From Gracilinanus agilis (lineage: Eukaryota), in the NCBI RefSeq assembly GCF_016433145.1, contig NC_058131.1:669461418-669525417 (forward strand): 64,000 nucleotides of DNA, written 5' to 3'. The notes beneath the pieces were generated by a model. It saw only the letters and a list, made by a program, of their open reading frames with translations. It was not told the DNA's origin and did no database searches. Shown piece by piece: positions 20,889 through 34,466 of this stretch (positions are counted from its first letter, which is position 1; each line of letters opens with the position of its first letter). Made by a program: the position numbers and the translations under genes.

Positions 20889-23800
20889 GTAAGCCCGCCT
20901 TCCCCAAATTCACTCTGATGGGAGGGAGATTCACATCTGAGGAAGCAAACAGGGATGGACTTGGGCTTCCTCAGGGAGGGCTTCTTCCTGAGGAAGAGTC
21001 TTAAGACTCAGCTCTGTAGTTATCTCTTCTTGGTAGGGGAGGAGAGAATGAGGGAAAACACCCAACTGGGTAAAGTGGGGCAGATGGAGGGCTCTCCAAG
21101 AAACCAACCAAAGCCCTAAGTACATCTCTCTCCTCAGGGCAAAGGGCTCCAGGCTCTGAAAGATCCATTTGGGTGAATTCTCTGGACTACTTTGTCCTGA
21201 CAGCCTCCCGACTATGGGGATGGGTCCCCAGGAGAAGAATTTGTCTGAATCCCAGGAACCCCATTGATGTCTGGGCTTGAGGGCTAGATAGATGACTTAA
21301 GTTAGGTGCTGGAGATACAGAGACAAAAAGGACCCCATTCCTATGTATAACTTGCATTCTACTATTCTACCAAACCTTGGTATGGTGGGTAGAGAGCTGG
21401 CCTTGGAGCCAGGGAGATTTGAATTCAAATCCTGCCTCTGACACATATTGACCAGGTAGGTGACCCTGAGCAAGTCACTTAATTCTGCACACCTTGAGGG
21501 ACTCTCTAAGACAAAGAGAAGGTGCTAATTTGGATAGCTAGGAGTTTCTTATCTTCTACCAATTAAATTACAGCTCTAATATCCCATTTTATAGACAGGG
21601 AAACTAAGTTAACTGGTTTACTTAAAGGTAGCTAGGTCGCACAATGAATAGATTGCTTTTCAGACCTGAATTCAAATCCAGTCTCAAGATAACTTACTAG
21701 CTGTGTGGCCTTGGGCAAATCACTTAACTTCTGTCTGCTTTAATTTCCTCAATTGTAAAATGGGGATAATAAGGACACCTCCCTCCCAAGGTCATTGGGA
21801 GGATTATTGAGATAAGGATTAAATGAGAGAACATTTTGTAAAGTGCTTAGTGCAATGCCTCTGATATAGAAGGTGCTTAATACATGCTCATTTTCTTCTC
21901 TTCTTTGTCCATGATCACACAGCCAGATCATTCAGAGCCAGGCTAAGAAGCCAGATCTCGTGTGTACAAATCCAGCACCCTGTCCTCTACACCTCCCCAA
22001 CTCTGAAGATGACTTGGCACTTCTCTCACCTTGCCAAGGCACCCCCTCATTGGCGTCTCTGGCCTCCTTCCCCACAGCCCATGCTAGGTGCTGACTGCCA
22101 GCAGGAACACTCCATGACTTTCCTTCCTTGTTCCTCTTCCAGATACGCAGCCCGGGATAAGAGCAAACTGTGCCAGCTGGGTGTCACCCACATTGTGAAT
22201 GTGGCTGCTGGCAGGTTCCACGTTGACACGGGCACCAAATTCTACCGAGGGATGCCCGTGGATTATTATGGGATTGAGGCTGATGACAATCCCTTCTTTG
22301 ACCTTAGCATTTACTTTCTGCCTGCAGCAAGATACATCAGAACAGCTCTCAGCAATCAAGGTGAGCTTCCTTCTCCTCCTTTCCTCCTACCCCTTTTCCT
22401 TTTCTGGTAGAGGAGATATATTTGAGAAGAGGAAGAGGATATGTGGAGGGAGGAAACCCAGAAGCCAACCAGCACAACCAACTCTCAAGCCCTGGACTTA
22501 GACCCTTCCAGAACAGTCAGTTGGGCTCCTTCTGAGATGGTCAGGCAAGTGGGCAAAACTCTCAGAAGATCATGCCCCTTTCTCCTCTCTTCTCCACTCC
22601 ATCCCAGAACAGAACCAATACTCTGTTATTCCCCATTTGGGAAGGTTTAGAGTGAAGATTAAAGACTCAGGGCTGAAAGGGGCCTCAAGGTAATCTGGTC
22701 AAATCCCTTCAATGTCCATCTGAAGAAACCAAAGCTCAGAGGACTTCAATGACTTGTGCAGCATCATACCAAGAGACAGTTTGATCTTAGGTCCTTTGAC
22801 TCCAAATCATTGTTCTTTGCATTATTACATCATGCTCCCCTTAGCCCCCTCATTTTTCATTTGGGGAAACTGAGACCCAAAGTCATTTTCCTAAGGTCAC
22901 ATAAATAGGATCATATATTCAAAGCTGGCAAAAACCTTAGAGGTCATCTAGTCCAACCTTCCTCATTTTATAGTTGAGGAAACTCTGGACTTTAAGTGAT
23001 TTACCAAAGGTCATAGTATCAGAGATGGGATCTGAACCCAGGTTTTCTGACTCAAAAGTCAGAACTTTTCCTACTGTACCACTCTTAAAAAAGTAAATTC
23101 CCTTTCCCAATGCAAATCAGCACTTGTTCTACATTTTACCTGTGTTAGAATGTAACTGGGATGGGAAGTCCTGGGTTCAAATATGGCCTCAGACATTTCA
23201 TAGTTGTGTAACCCTAAGCAAACCACTTAACCCTGTTTTGCCTAGCCCTTTGCCCTTCTATCTTAGAGTTGTTACTAAGACAGAAAGGTTGTTTTTTTTT
23301 TTTTTTTTTGTCTTTACTAGGGTCACTGAGGGAAAACTGGAGCTAGGCTAAAAGGTGTAAGTTATGACTTAGACTAGGTAGAACCTAGTCTGACCCTTAT
23401 ACCTAGACAGCAAATGGGGCTCCTGAGAAGTCTCTGGAAGAAAGCTTCATGAACAGTAGGTACTAGATGATGGGTGTGGGATTGTCATGGGTGGCCAGTT
23501 CCACATAGAGGAGTCTAGGATTTCTTGGTCTCAGCAGGGTCTTGCTCAACTCAAGGCTATGGTTGGGAGATACATACCTTGGGTATCTCTACAATCATCT
23601 ATGCACAGGAAACCATCAAGGACATCAAGGGTAAGTAAAAGAGAAAAGGGCTACCCAGAGATGAAAAGAGAGTGGAGCAGCCCTTTTTTGCAATGGGATG
23701 TGTTATGGTTATCTGTATTTGAACTTCAGGTTTGGGGTTGTTGTTTTAATGCCTGTTGTCAAGGCTGACTCCTTGGGAAACAGCATGGAGCAGTAGAACA

Positions 23801-25259
23801 ATCACTGCCTTTGGCATCAGAGGACATAAATTCTAATCTCACTTCTGCCACTTACTATTTTTTATTATATTTTAAAATTTAATTTAATATTTACCAATTG
23901 CACATAATAACAAATTTCCATACAAGTTTTCCTAAGTTATAGTTGAACTTATCTTCTTCCCTCTCTTCTTCCACCTCCTGGTGCTGGCAGGAGATTCATT
24001 CTAGGTTATACATGCATTATCATGAAAAAAATATTTCCATATTGTCCATTTTTGTAGGCCGCTTACTATTTGTGAGATCTCAAATGACTCACTTAACTTC
24101 TCAGGGTCTCAAATCTCCTCTGTAAGGTGAGGGCATTGCCCTAGATGACTTCTGGGGTGCCTTCTAGCTCTATAGGTTAAATACTGGGGTCAGGACAAAT
24201 TTCCATAGACTATGATATGCTGCTATTTTTTTTTTATTCCTCACCAGATAGACCCTAGATTTGAAGCTAAAAGGGAATCTAGAGGTCATTTAATCCAATT
24301 CACCCATTGTACAGTTAAGGAAACTCCCTGGGTCAGAGTGCAGTTGTCTGTGAGAGGACCTTCCTCTCCTTTCTTCCAAACTTCTACCTATCACTTTAAT
24401 TGATTCAAAGTTCCCTCTACTCTAGGGTTAACTCTTAAGTCCTAGTTTGCCTGAAGGAATGAGGCTTGTCCAGCAAGGGATGAACTCAAGATTGGGACAG
24501 ACTTCCATTGTGATGAAGTCTAGTCAGAACCCCTCTTCTCCTTAGATTCCTGTTGCTCAACCTTTGAAGATCCTTGTATCACTGGGGCTATTCACAGTAG
24601 TGCAGTCTAAATCAATTTCTGCTTCTCACTGGACACCAGAACCTTGGAGATGACCAGGATCGAACAAAGAGAAATCTTCCCAACTAGCAGGCACTGACCA
24701 GTCCTCTGAGGGTCTAAGTCTTCTCAAGCAGAAGAGCTCAGAGCTGACTTTCCCAGTTCCTTAGAGGTCTTAGAAGAAGAGGGATGGTGTCTTTCCTTAG
24801 ATGCTCTCTCTTATGATTTCCCCCTCTTGAATCTAGACAGGAAGAAGACTCTCCATGCAGTTCCTGACTGATATCAGGAGTTAGCTTTACATTTCAGTGC
24901 CCAGGAACAAAGCTCCAGTTACCCACCTTAGTGAACATCTTTGTTTTTAATCTTTAAAGGACCTGGTTAGGGTCAGATCCACTGAGTGTTCAGCTTTCTT
25001 AGTGGTCCTGTGGTTGTGGTTGTGATTGTGATCATATCTTTTGTTTCTCCCTGCAGGCCGTGTATTTGTGCACTGTGCCATGGGGGTCAGCCGGTCTGCC
25101 ACACTTGTCCTGGCTTACCTCATGATCTGTGAAAATATGACCCTGGTAGAGGCCATTCAGACTGTGCAGACCCACCGAGACATTTGCCCCAACTCAGGTT
25201 TCCTCAGGCAGCTCCAGGTCCTGGACAGTCGGCTGGGGCGGGACATGGGGAGACTCTGA
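20701..25259 (+). CDS. DUSP13B: Dual-specificity phosphatase 13B (TMDP/SKRP4), 202 aa; join(20701..20888,22143..22360,25057..25259)
   Basis: [16 protein letters not shown]...[43 protein letters not shown]...[11 protein letters not shown].../[67 protein letters not shown]. Closely matches known TMDP. 609 nt, GT-AG introns. Confidence 0.96.
22143..22360 (+). CDS. DUSP13B: DUSP13B coding exon 2 (218 nt, phase 2-1)
   Basis: Acceptor CTCTTCCAG|A; EADDN general-acid loop; donor CAAG|GTGAGC. Confidence 0.96.
25057..25259 (+). CDS. DUSP13B: DUSP13B coding exon 3 (HCAMGVSRS)
   Basis: Acceptor CTCCCTGCAG|GC; TGA at 25257-25259. Confidence 0.96.
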
Positions 25260-25492
25260 CTCGTCAGGTAGCTGGGAATAGAGACCCGTTAGGGGGTCTC
25301 TTCCTTCTACTTGCATTGAAGAAGACTGGCAACCTTCACTGTTTACAAATGGACCCTGAGATGTAAATATCAAACGTAGGGGCATCAGATGGCAGGGGTG
25401 GGGAAAGGTTGAGAGTTGACGTTTAACAGGTGAATTTGCTCAACATGTTAAAAAAAGATTCTTTATGAGTAGAAAGTTTGGTCTCAATCTAT

Positions 25493-25498
25493 AATAAA
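25493..25498 (+). terminator. DUSP13B poly(A) signal AATAAA
   Basis: First AATAAA, ~235 nt after the stop. Confidence 0.7.
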
Positions 25499-26636
25499 GA
25501 ATTAATTCATCAGACCAAAAATGGACTTGTTCCTTGTATTTATAAGGTCCGACCAAATATGTAAGAAATACCCCAAGTTTCTCCCTTTCTCTTTGCTCCT
25601 CGTCTCTTTTTTATTGCCTCACTTAAAGGCCTGCCTAAGACTGGCCCAAATCAATACATTTTGGACCAGGCTTAGATTTTCAGTGCTTTACCATCCCATC
25701 CTTTGCCAGATGTTGCTGTTTTCCTCTGTAGAGCATCTCTTGGGTTCCTCCCTCCTCCTACATGTTTCTCACTAAGTTCTTGGGTTCCCTTTCTCTCGGA
25801 CGCTCATTAACTCCTTCTTACAGGCCTCCTGGCCCCCAGCTATAGCTCTCTTTCCTTTATTATATAGCCTTGCTCCCTAACTATTGTCATGGTTGGCAAC
25901 CCATGGCCACAAACCAGCTAGGGTCATTCCCACAAGGACCTAAAGAGGATGTGGGACTTAAGTTGCGGTAAGAATAGTGGCGCCATGAATAGAAGTGGGG
26001 ATATCAGGTGGGATTGAGCCATTTCTCAATAAGTGGCAAGCTCCCTAAAGGAAAGGAATGGTTTTACTCCTTCCTTAGTATGTCCTATAGATGTTTGGTG
26101 TTCCATGGGCCGCCATTAGACCCTCAGCTTACTAGCCAGTGTTTTCCTATATTCTAGAGAATGCCCAGAATACTGTGGCCCAGGTTGCCAATGAGGCATG
26201 CATAAATTTCCATGCTCTTTTCCATGCCATGTAAAATGTATATGTTTATTGTATATATAAATATATATAAATCACATATATAAAATATATGTATATATTT
26301 ATTCTGTGTATATATGAGATTTTATGATCCTCTTCTTTTTCTAGGTAGTTATTATTCCTGGAGGGCAGAACAGGGATAAGGAATGAATCTGTGATTTCAT
26401 TGACACAGGGAACCCCCAGATGAGGAAGCTCCCTTTACCAATGTAGGCATCCTCTGTAAATTTTGAGTCTTAGTTGGTTAGAGATAATAACTTCTCCATT
26501 TTAGACATAAGAAGAGGCTTGCCCAGGGTCTCACAGCTAGGATAGGTAAGACTTGAACTCCAGTTCTTCTTGCTCCACTGTTTGCTTTCTTTCCTTTATG
26601 CCTCATTGCCTTTCTGTTAGAAGTCAAGTGATTTTT

Positions 26637-26836
26637 TTTACACTGTTTTTTTTTTTATTTTAAACCCTTAACTTCTGTGTATTGACTTATAGGTGGAAGA
26701 GTGGTAAGGGTAGGCAATGGGGGTCAAGTGACTTGCCCAGGGTCACACAGCTGGGAAGTGTCTGAGGCCAGATTTGAACCTAGGACCTCCCGTCTCTAGG
26801 CTTGGCTCTCAATCCACTGAGCTACCCAGCTGCCCC
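26637..26836 (-). mobile_element. Young opossum-type SINE with 16-bp TSD
   Basis: Full head-to-tail copy; AAGTCAAGTGATTTTT at 26621-26636 and 26838-26853. Confidence 0.93.
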
Positions 26837-29800
26837 TAAGTCAAGTGATTTTTAATAAAATAAGACTGTAGTAATAAAATTATGGAAGACCTATTCTTGG
26901 GAGCACCTAAGGGATGAATATTCAAGGAGAGGAAGAGGAACTAGGCAGAGCTGGTAATTCAAACTTGCAATACTTACTGAGCTTTCTGGGCATCTCTGTT
27001 CCATAAATGAAAGAGCAGAGAATTAGAGCTCTCTTTCAGCCTAGGAGCTAGAATTTGGTGGGTAGGCCAAAAGAAGGCCACGTTTTAAAATCAGAGACAA
27101 GAGGTGTACATTTTAGCCATTAGAGGGAGCTGACATGATACAGATGTCCTCCAGGGAATGATAATTCCCACAGTCCAGGCAGAGGAACTATGGCCACATG
27201 TCATGGGGAAGAATCCATTCTCAGGGCTAGCAATCACTAATGTACTGCTCTCCCAGATTCTAGCTCTTTTCCTCCAATGTGGGGAAGGTATTTTTTGGCC
27301 CTGAGGGCTTTTCATCTCTCTCTGCTTCCTAATCACACCCAAAACCCACCTCAAGGCACCAAATCTGGATTTCATTAGCTCCTGAACTAGTCTGTTTCTT
27401 TGGAATCAACAATCCTTTGTGCCCAAACCCTCATGATCCATCCCTTTCCCTCCTCTATTACCACTGTGCTTGGTCCAGTTCTAACATTCCCCTCCTCCCT
27501 TCTTTCTTCTGCAACTCTCTGACAGTTTCTTAGGCAGAGGAATTTTTGTACAAGAGGCAGGAAAGAAGTTGGGGGTGGAAAAGGGGGGTGAAGGGAAAGC
27601 AGAGATCCTGGAACTCTGGGTGTAGAGACAGGGAAAGAGCTCACCCTTTCAAATGATCTGGCAGTTTACAATCCAATAAACATTTATTAACATGAATGAT
27701 AATAACTAGTATTTGCAAACTCTTTTACATGTTATCCCATTTGGTTGTTATGACAATCCTGGGAGCAAGGTACTATTATTACCCCCATTTTACAGGTGAA
27801 GGAGTCAGGTACGGAGCCCGATAATAAAAAATAATTTTTTGAGTAAAGAAATAAACATTTAAGTTTTAAGTCTTTCATACTGCCAAAGTCAGAGGCCACT
27901 TGCAGAGCCTCTTAAAAAGCCCCTAATGAACCAAAGTAACTTCTTTCCCCAATAAACTGCCCCCTCCCCCAACAACTGATAGGGAATGAATTGTCTAACA
28001 GGGATTATCATTAGAGTTGGAAAAAATCTTAGAGGTCATAGAGTCCAACCCTTTATCTTACAGATAAAAAGTTGAGAAAGACTAAATGACTTTCAGGGTC
28101 ACAAAAATAGTAAATGCCTAATGGGGGATTCTGACTGGATTGCCAGGGATAAATTGCCCCCAAGATGGCATCCTCTCCTGACACCAAGAGAGACGAGGCC
28201 AGAGGGGAGAAGATAAGGTGGCCATCACGGGATTACCATTCCAGGCATCCTTCCAGGTTCATTAAGACTCAGAGACAGGAGAGAGGAAGGAGACAAAGGG
28301 AAGGGGCCATAGCTGTCCCAGGATGGTGCAAAATGTCCTGCGCCTCTCCTTTCCACTCAGCCCTTCCACCGCCACATCTGTGGACCACGACTCACAATTT
28401 TCCAAATTCTTCTGACACAGTGTTCCAAGGGACATCTGTTTTCACTCTGGCCGCTTTTTAACACTCCGCTCTAGGTAGCTACAGCTCGTTTTCATTCCAG
28501 CTCTTCCTCTCTACGTGGTAGGCTACATCCTATTAACAAAGAGGAGAGTGTGGCAGCAGGATCCTCTGGTTACCATTTGTGTTTTTAGTCTCATTGATCT
28601 ATTTTTAGACCATGATTGGTATTCCTGGAGATCCACACCCTTCAGCTTGTCTATTCCAACCTTTCCAAGGCAAACAGAGACTCACCCAAACCTGCAGACA
28701 TTTTTTCCTGGGACTTGGGGATGCAGCTTTTGTGGTCCAAGGCTAACAGGAAGACAATACTTTAGGATAAGGGATGAGCTCTTAGGCGCTTGATAACTCA
28801 ATCTCCCTTTTAGGTTGCCCTTAGGGCAAAGAAGCAGAAACTCAGAAAAAGAAGAACCCCATCAGAAATACAGACAAAGTCATCTCTGAAAGACCTCTGA
28901 CTGGGGACCTGAACTTTATAGTGCCTATATTAAATGATCCTGAAATAACTCTAGATAGGTGCAATGAGCCAGAGAGAGATGAAAAATTCTTTAAGGGAGG
29001 GTTGATCGCTAAGACTGAACCCATTTCATGTGAACTCAAGAGTCTTAGGAGGATCTTGATTACAGGTTACAAAGGGAAGGTGCATCACAGCCCAGGACAC
29101 CAGAAATCTGGTTGGGAGTGGGAAGGGGAAAAGTAAAACCTGTAGACTCATCTCCTTTCGCTGCCTCCTTTCTCACTGGCACACAGAAGAGGGCATGTAG
29201 GGACACATCATCCTCAAAGCAAGTTGTCATTCCGGAAACACACACCACACAGCAGTAGCCTTCCTAAGCCTCAGAGGCTCACTTGGGTCACAACCAAATT
29301 AAGAACAACCCAGACTGCTTAAAGATTTTTAAACTGGCCAGTCTGCTCAAATTCACTCGACTAGGAACAAGTCCTTCTCCTCTTCCAATATTCATAGCAA
29401 TATCCCTGCCAAGTGCTGCAATAATGGTAGCACAATGTAGCCCAGTCACTTCAATAATTAGTCCATCAACCACTGGCATCTTTGCTACAGCTAGGTGGTA
29501 CAGAGGAAAGAATCAGGAAAATTGGAGTTCAAATATAACCTCAGACGCTCACAAACTGGACCTGTCTGCCTCAATTTTCTCAGTGGTAAAATGAGGACAA
29601 TACTAGCACCTACCTCTCTGACTGGTAAGGATCAAAAGAGATAATATTTGTTAAGAGCTTAACTCAGTGCCTGGCATGTAGTAAACACAATAAATATGTG
29701 TTCTCTCTTTCCTTCTCTCCACAATCTCTGGCAATGATGGTAACGGTTCCTCTTTTTAAAAAAATTAAATTATTTTTAATTAAAAAAAAAAACAAACATC

Positions 29801-30984
29801 TTACGAATACTGTATATTGGTTCCAAGGTAGAAGAGCAGTAAGGGCTAGGCAATGGGGTTTAAATGACTTGCCAAGGGTCACACAACTAGGAAATGTCTG
29901 AGGCCAGATCTGAACCCCAAATCTTCCATCTCCAGGTGTGGCTCTCTTCACTGAACCCCCTCCACAGATCCTCATAAATAAGGCTTATTGATATTCCTTT
30001 CCCCTCTTCCCACCATTTTTTATTCCACTGGATGGGAGAGTACAACCTTCTCATATGTACTTGTGGAGAAGTTGTCTCATATTGGGAAAGGTAAGGACTT
30101 TCTTCTTTTGTTGGAGGTCCACTTGGTTCCCAATGTTACTCCAGCAGGATGTGGTTGCTTGTCTAGCTTCCCACTCATTGGCTGTTCTACACAACTAAAA
30201 GTCTTCCTCATATCTTAGTGTTCCCCTGCCCCATGTCTCCTCCCTCTATCCCTCCTTTTTGCCTCTCTTGAATGAGAGGTTGGTGCTAATGAGCACTCTA
30301 ATGGGAACCTCTGTCCCTTTTGTATGTTCAGGATTCTGCCAGAAGTGATGGACTCCTAGCAACTTCCTTTTGTAAACTGTGACCACAGTCCTCCTAAGAC
30401 TGAGTTAGAATGAAATGGGTTCAGTCCTAGTGATCAATTCTCCATTAAAGGATTATTCATCTCTCTGGCTCATTGCACCCACCTAGAGTTACTTCAGGAT
30501 CATTTAATTCGGGCACCATAAAGTTCATGTCCAAATTTCCTCCAAGGATCCTCTAAAAGCACTCCAGGCAACAATATGAGGATCTCTTTTTATTTTATTT
30601 TTTAAAATTTCAATTAGCAAAATTTATTCCCTCTTTCCCACCTTCCTATTAAGAAAAACGAAATTCTTGCAACAGATATTCAGTCAAGAAAAACAAATTC
30701 CTACACTGGCCATGTCCATCTTATAATAGTTTCTCCTTGGAGAGAAGTTCAGATGAATGGAATTCCTTCTGCTAATCAGACTTCTTTTTGACTTAAGTAG
30801 TTTTCATTTAGCATTTTAGAGTAACTGGGGAAACAAAGACAAAATTCTATAGCAAAGTAAAACAAGTATATGCTTTAAGTTTAGGATTTTTGTTTTATTT
30901 AAATAGAACAATAGTAATGTTAATTGAGTCTTGGAGAAAATATTCATGAAACCTCAGTTAAATATTGCCCTTTTAAGATGAATA

Positions 30985-32130
30985 GGTAGTTTGCTTACAA
31001 CTATCCATAGCCATATTAAAAAATGCTTCAAATCACTAATAATTAAAGAAATGCAAAATAAAACAACTCTGGGGGCAGCTAGATAGCACTGTGGATAAAA
31101 TGCCATGTCTGGAATAGGGTGGAACTCAATTCAGATCTGGTCTCAGACACTTCCTTGGTGTATGACCTTGGGCAAGTCACTTAAACCCCAAAGCCTAGCC
31201 CTTACTACTCTTCTGCCTTGGAACTGACATTTTGTATTCATTCTAAGACAGAAGGGAAGGTCTAAAAACAACAATCACTACCAACACGGAGTTTCTGTTT
31301 TATATTCCTCAGGTTGCAAAAAGAAAAGTAAAAAAAAAAAAGTAAAAAAGAAAAATGACAAGTGTTTAATGGGCTGAGAGAAAATAGGCACATTTGTGTA
31401 ATATTGGTGCAACTGAGAATTGGTCCAGACATTCTGGAAAATAATTTGAAATTATGTTCCAAAAGTCACTAAACTGTGTTTCCCCTTTGATTCAGCAATT
31501 CCATTACTAGGTTGTACTCCAAGAGATCAAAAAAAGAGGAAAAGGACCCATGGAGGACAAAAGCATTTTCAGAGCTCTTTCTATGGTAGAAAGAATTGGA
31601 AATTGAGAATGCTCACCAATTGTGGAAAGGCTAAACAAATTATGCTATCTAAATGTAATGGATTACTATTGCGCGGTAAAAAATGATGAAGGAAATGGTT
31701 TCAGAGAAACCTGGGAAGACTTGGATAAACTGATACAGATTGAAGTGAGCAGAACCAGGGGAACCATTTATATAATAACAATATTACAAAGAAAAACAAT
31801 TTTGAAAGACTTAAGAACTCTGATCAACACATTGACCAACCACGATTTAAGAGGAACAATGATGAAGTCTGCTACCTACTTCTTTACAGAGAGGTAATGG
31901 AATCAGGAAGAAGAATGAGACATATATTTTTTAGAAATGGCCAGTGTAGGAATTTGTTTTGTTTGACTGTGCACATTTAGTACAAAGGTTTTCTTTTTCT
32001 TCTTAATGGGAAAGGGAGGTTTAAGGCAGCAAAAAAATAATTTTTTATAATTAAAAAATTTTAAAGTGTAAACAAATCCCCTTTGAATCTGATCAAAGCT
32101 AAAAAAACCTTTCCTAATTGGATTAAACAA
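30985..32130 (+). mobile_element. L1 ORF2 C-terminus and 3' UTR fragment, interrupted by a SINE (~31072-31265)
   Basis: ERLNKLCYLNVMDYYCAVKNDE resembles the L1 ORF2 end (KLWYIYTMEYYSAIK); CCTTTGATTCAGCAATTCCATTACTAGG. Confidence 0.85.
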
Positions 32131-32142
32131 AAGGTATTTCTA

Positions 32143-32309
32143 GGGGCAGCTGGGTAGCTCAGTGGATTGAGAGTCAGGTCTAGTTCAAATCTGGCCTCAG
32201 ACACTTCCTAGCTGTGTGACCCTGGGCAAGTCACTTGACCCCCATTGCTTACCCTTACCACTCTTCCACCAAGGAACTAATACACAGAAGTTAAGGGTTT
32301 AAAAAAAAA
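32143..32309 (+). mobile_element. Young opossum-type SINE with 14-bp TSD
   Basis: AAAAGGTATTTCTA at 32129-32142 and 32310-32323. Confidence 0.92.
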
Positions 32310-34280
32310 AAAAGGTATTTCTACTCTTAGTTTGGTTATCACAACTATCACAAAATCTTTTAGGTTCAGGAAATCAAGATCCTTCCCTGGAGTTGATTCA
32401 TTTTCCATTCAAGTTAGACTGATTGGGTCTTTGATTCAAATGAGACTATAGACTTTAGTCTAGGACACTATAATACAATTTCTTAATATTTTAAAATGTA
32501 ACCGAAGTCTTAGTGCCACATACTTCTGCACAACCGTTTCCTATCAGACTTGTACCACCCTAGCAATGTTTGGAAATGGTGAGGAGTTTAAAGATCCAAA
32601 TCTTCTTCATTCCCCATTTCCCCATGACATGAATCCAGTCCTTTAGCTTCAAGAACCATAACAACATTCTTCCTCCCTTTCCAAGATACCATTGAAGAAA
32701 TCCTCTCCTTTTGGAAGACTGGTGCCTCAGTCAGGAACTAATCTAGAACTTGGAGTCACTGATGGAGCAACTCTCAAGACAAGGATTCCTTTCTTGGGCC
32801 AACTGGGCACACATATGCCCACCTGTGCCATTTGTCTCTGAAGGGGATCCCTTAGTGCTCCAGTCACCACCCTCTCCTCAGCCAGAAAAAGTGACTTCCT
32901 TGCATCTCTCCTTCCATGCATCTCTGCCCCAAAAGAGCCACCTCTAACACTGAAAGGAAGTGGGGCTGGGATATTGTGCAGATACACAAGTTTCTTCTGA
33001 CCCAGAACATATGTCCATTCCACTTTGTGCCAGTATGCCACATGAATAGGTGACAAAATCTGATTGATTTTGTCTTAAAATGGAGACCTTGTCTTCCATG
33101 TTTATTCTTTGTTTCTTTTGAAAGAAAGTCCAAAAAGTCTAGCTAGACTGTCAGCTTACTTTCATGGGCCATAGAGCAGGACAGCTTTTTCCAAAAGTCC
33201 ATCAACTTAAGGTCCAGCTGACCAATTATCTTGGAAGCAGCCCCAGTCACTTAGAATTTATCATTAAGGTGACAGTGGGCATGGCAATGCTTTCCACGAG
33301 AAGGGGCCCCTCAGAAGCCCCCACCCAAAGCTTCATGCTATTCAGTCTCATAAATTTAATTGGTGAGCTCCCATCAATCATAGAAGGGCACACAGGGTAC
33401 AATAATAAAACTATCTAGATCTGGATTAGATGTGGAGAACCCTCCCCAATCAGGGATCCAAAGCTCCAGAATGGGAGCTAGAATGCTGGATAGAGAGTGG
33501 AGGAAGTTGGAGCTAGGACTTTGTGGATGCATATGCCCCCACATTTACTACATCAAAATCAGATACCATAGCAGTCCTGAAAAAGCTACCTCTCAGGGCT
33601 GAGTCACAACCTCTGAGCAGAGTGAGCTTAGAATTCTCTTACTACCATAATGACTCAAATTATTCACTCAGTCTCCATCTCTTCCCTCATTCCTACCTCT
33701 AAACTCTGTGTCATTGACTCAAAGTGTTAGAAGGGATGTCAGAGGCCATCTAATCTAACCTATACCTAGTCAATTAAACCCTCTATACTTCCCAGACAAA
33801 TAATCATCTAGTCTTGAAGTTCTCAATAAAGTGGAAATTCTCCACTTCCCTAGGCAACCCATTGCACTTTTAGATAATTCTATCTATGGGATATTTTCTA
33901 TCATATCAAACTTAAATTTGCTCATCTGTACCTTCTACCCACTGACCTTTGTTCTTCCCTGTGGGGACCAAAGAGGACATGTAAAAAGACTGCTAAATTT
34001 CCAGGCATAGGATGCTGCCCTAAATCCTTGCTAATGTCATTCTAAAAGCATTTCACAAGTGTTGCTTCCTTCCAGGCCAGGATGGCTCTGAACAAGCAGA
34101 TCTTATTAAATGAAGCTAGCAATGGGTATCCTCCACCACAATCCCACAATGGTTATAGCTGCATCCTACTTGTGATGCAGTTGGCCTTCCAAAAAGGTAG
34201 GAATGCTGCCTTGAATTGCTTATAACTCTCCAACCAGGGAATCCTTTCTCCCTCCTGAGAACTGCCCATTCCAGGGTATA

Positions 34281-34466
34281 NNNNNNNNNNNNNNNNNNNN
34301 NNNNNNNNNNNNNNNNNNNNNNNNNNNNNNNNNNNNNNNNNNNNNNNNNNNNNNNNNNNNNNNNNNNNNNNNNNNNNNNNNNNNNNNNNNNNNNNNNNNN
34401 NNNNNNNNNNNNNNNNNNNNNNNNNNNNNNNNNNNNNNNNNNNNNNNNNNNNNNNNNNNNNNNNNN
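34281..34466. other. Assembly gap (186 N)
   Basis: Direct reading. Confidence 1.

Noticed and set aside
5598-25259. All three phosphatases end in TGA (selenocysteine read-through?)
   Set aside because: The stops fall at the expected C-termini and no SECIS-like element was recognised.
25895-26190. ~18-bp imperfect inverted repeat (TTGGCAACCCATGGCCACA / TGTGGCCCAGGTTGCCAA)
   Set aside because: Short, gapped and without a TSD; insufficient to call a transposon.
32400-33500. Repeat-poor block with several 65-109 aa ORFs on both strands
   Set aside because: No recognisable domain, splice pattern or retroviral motif. It cannot be called without a search.
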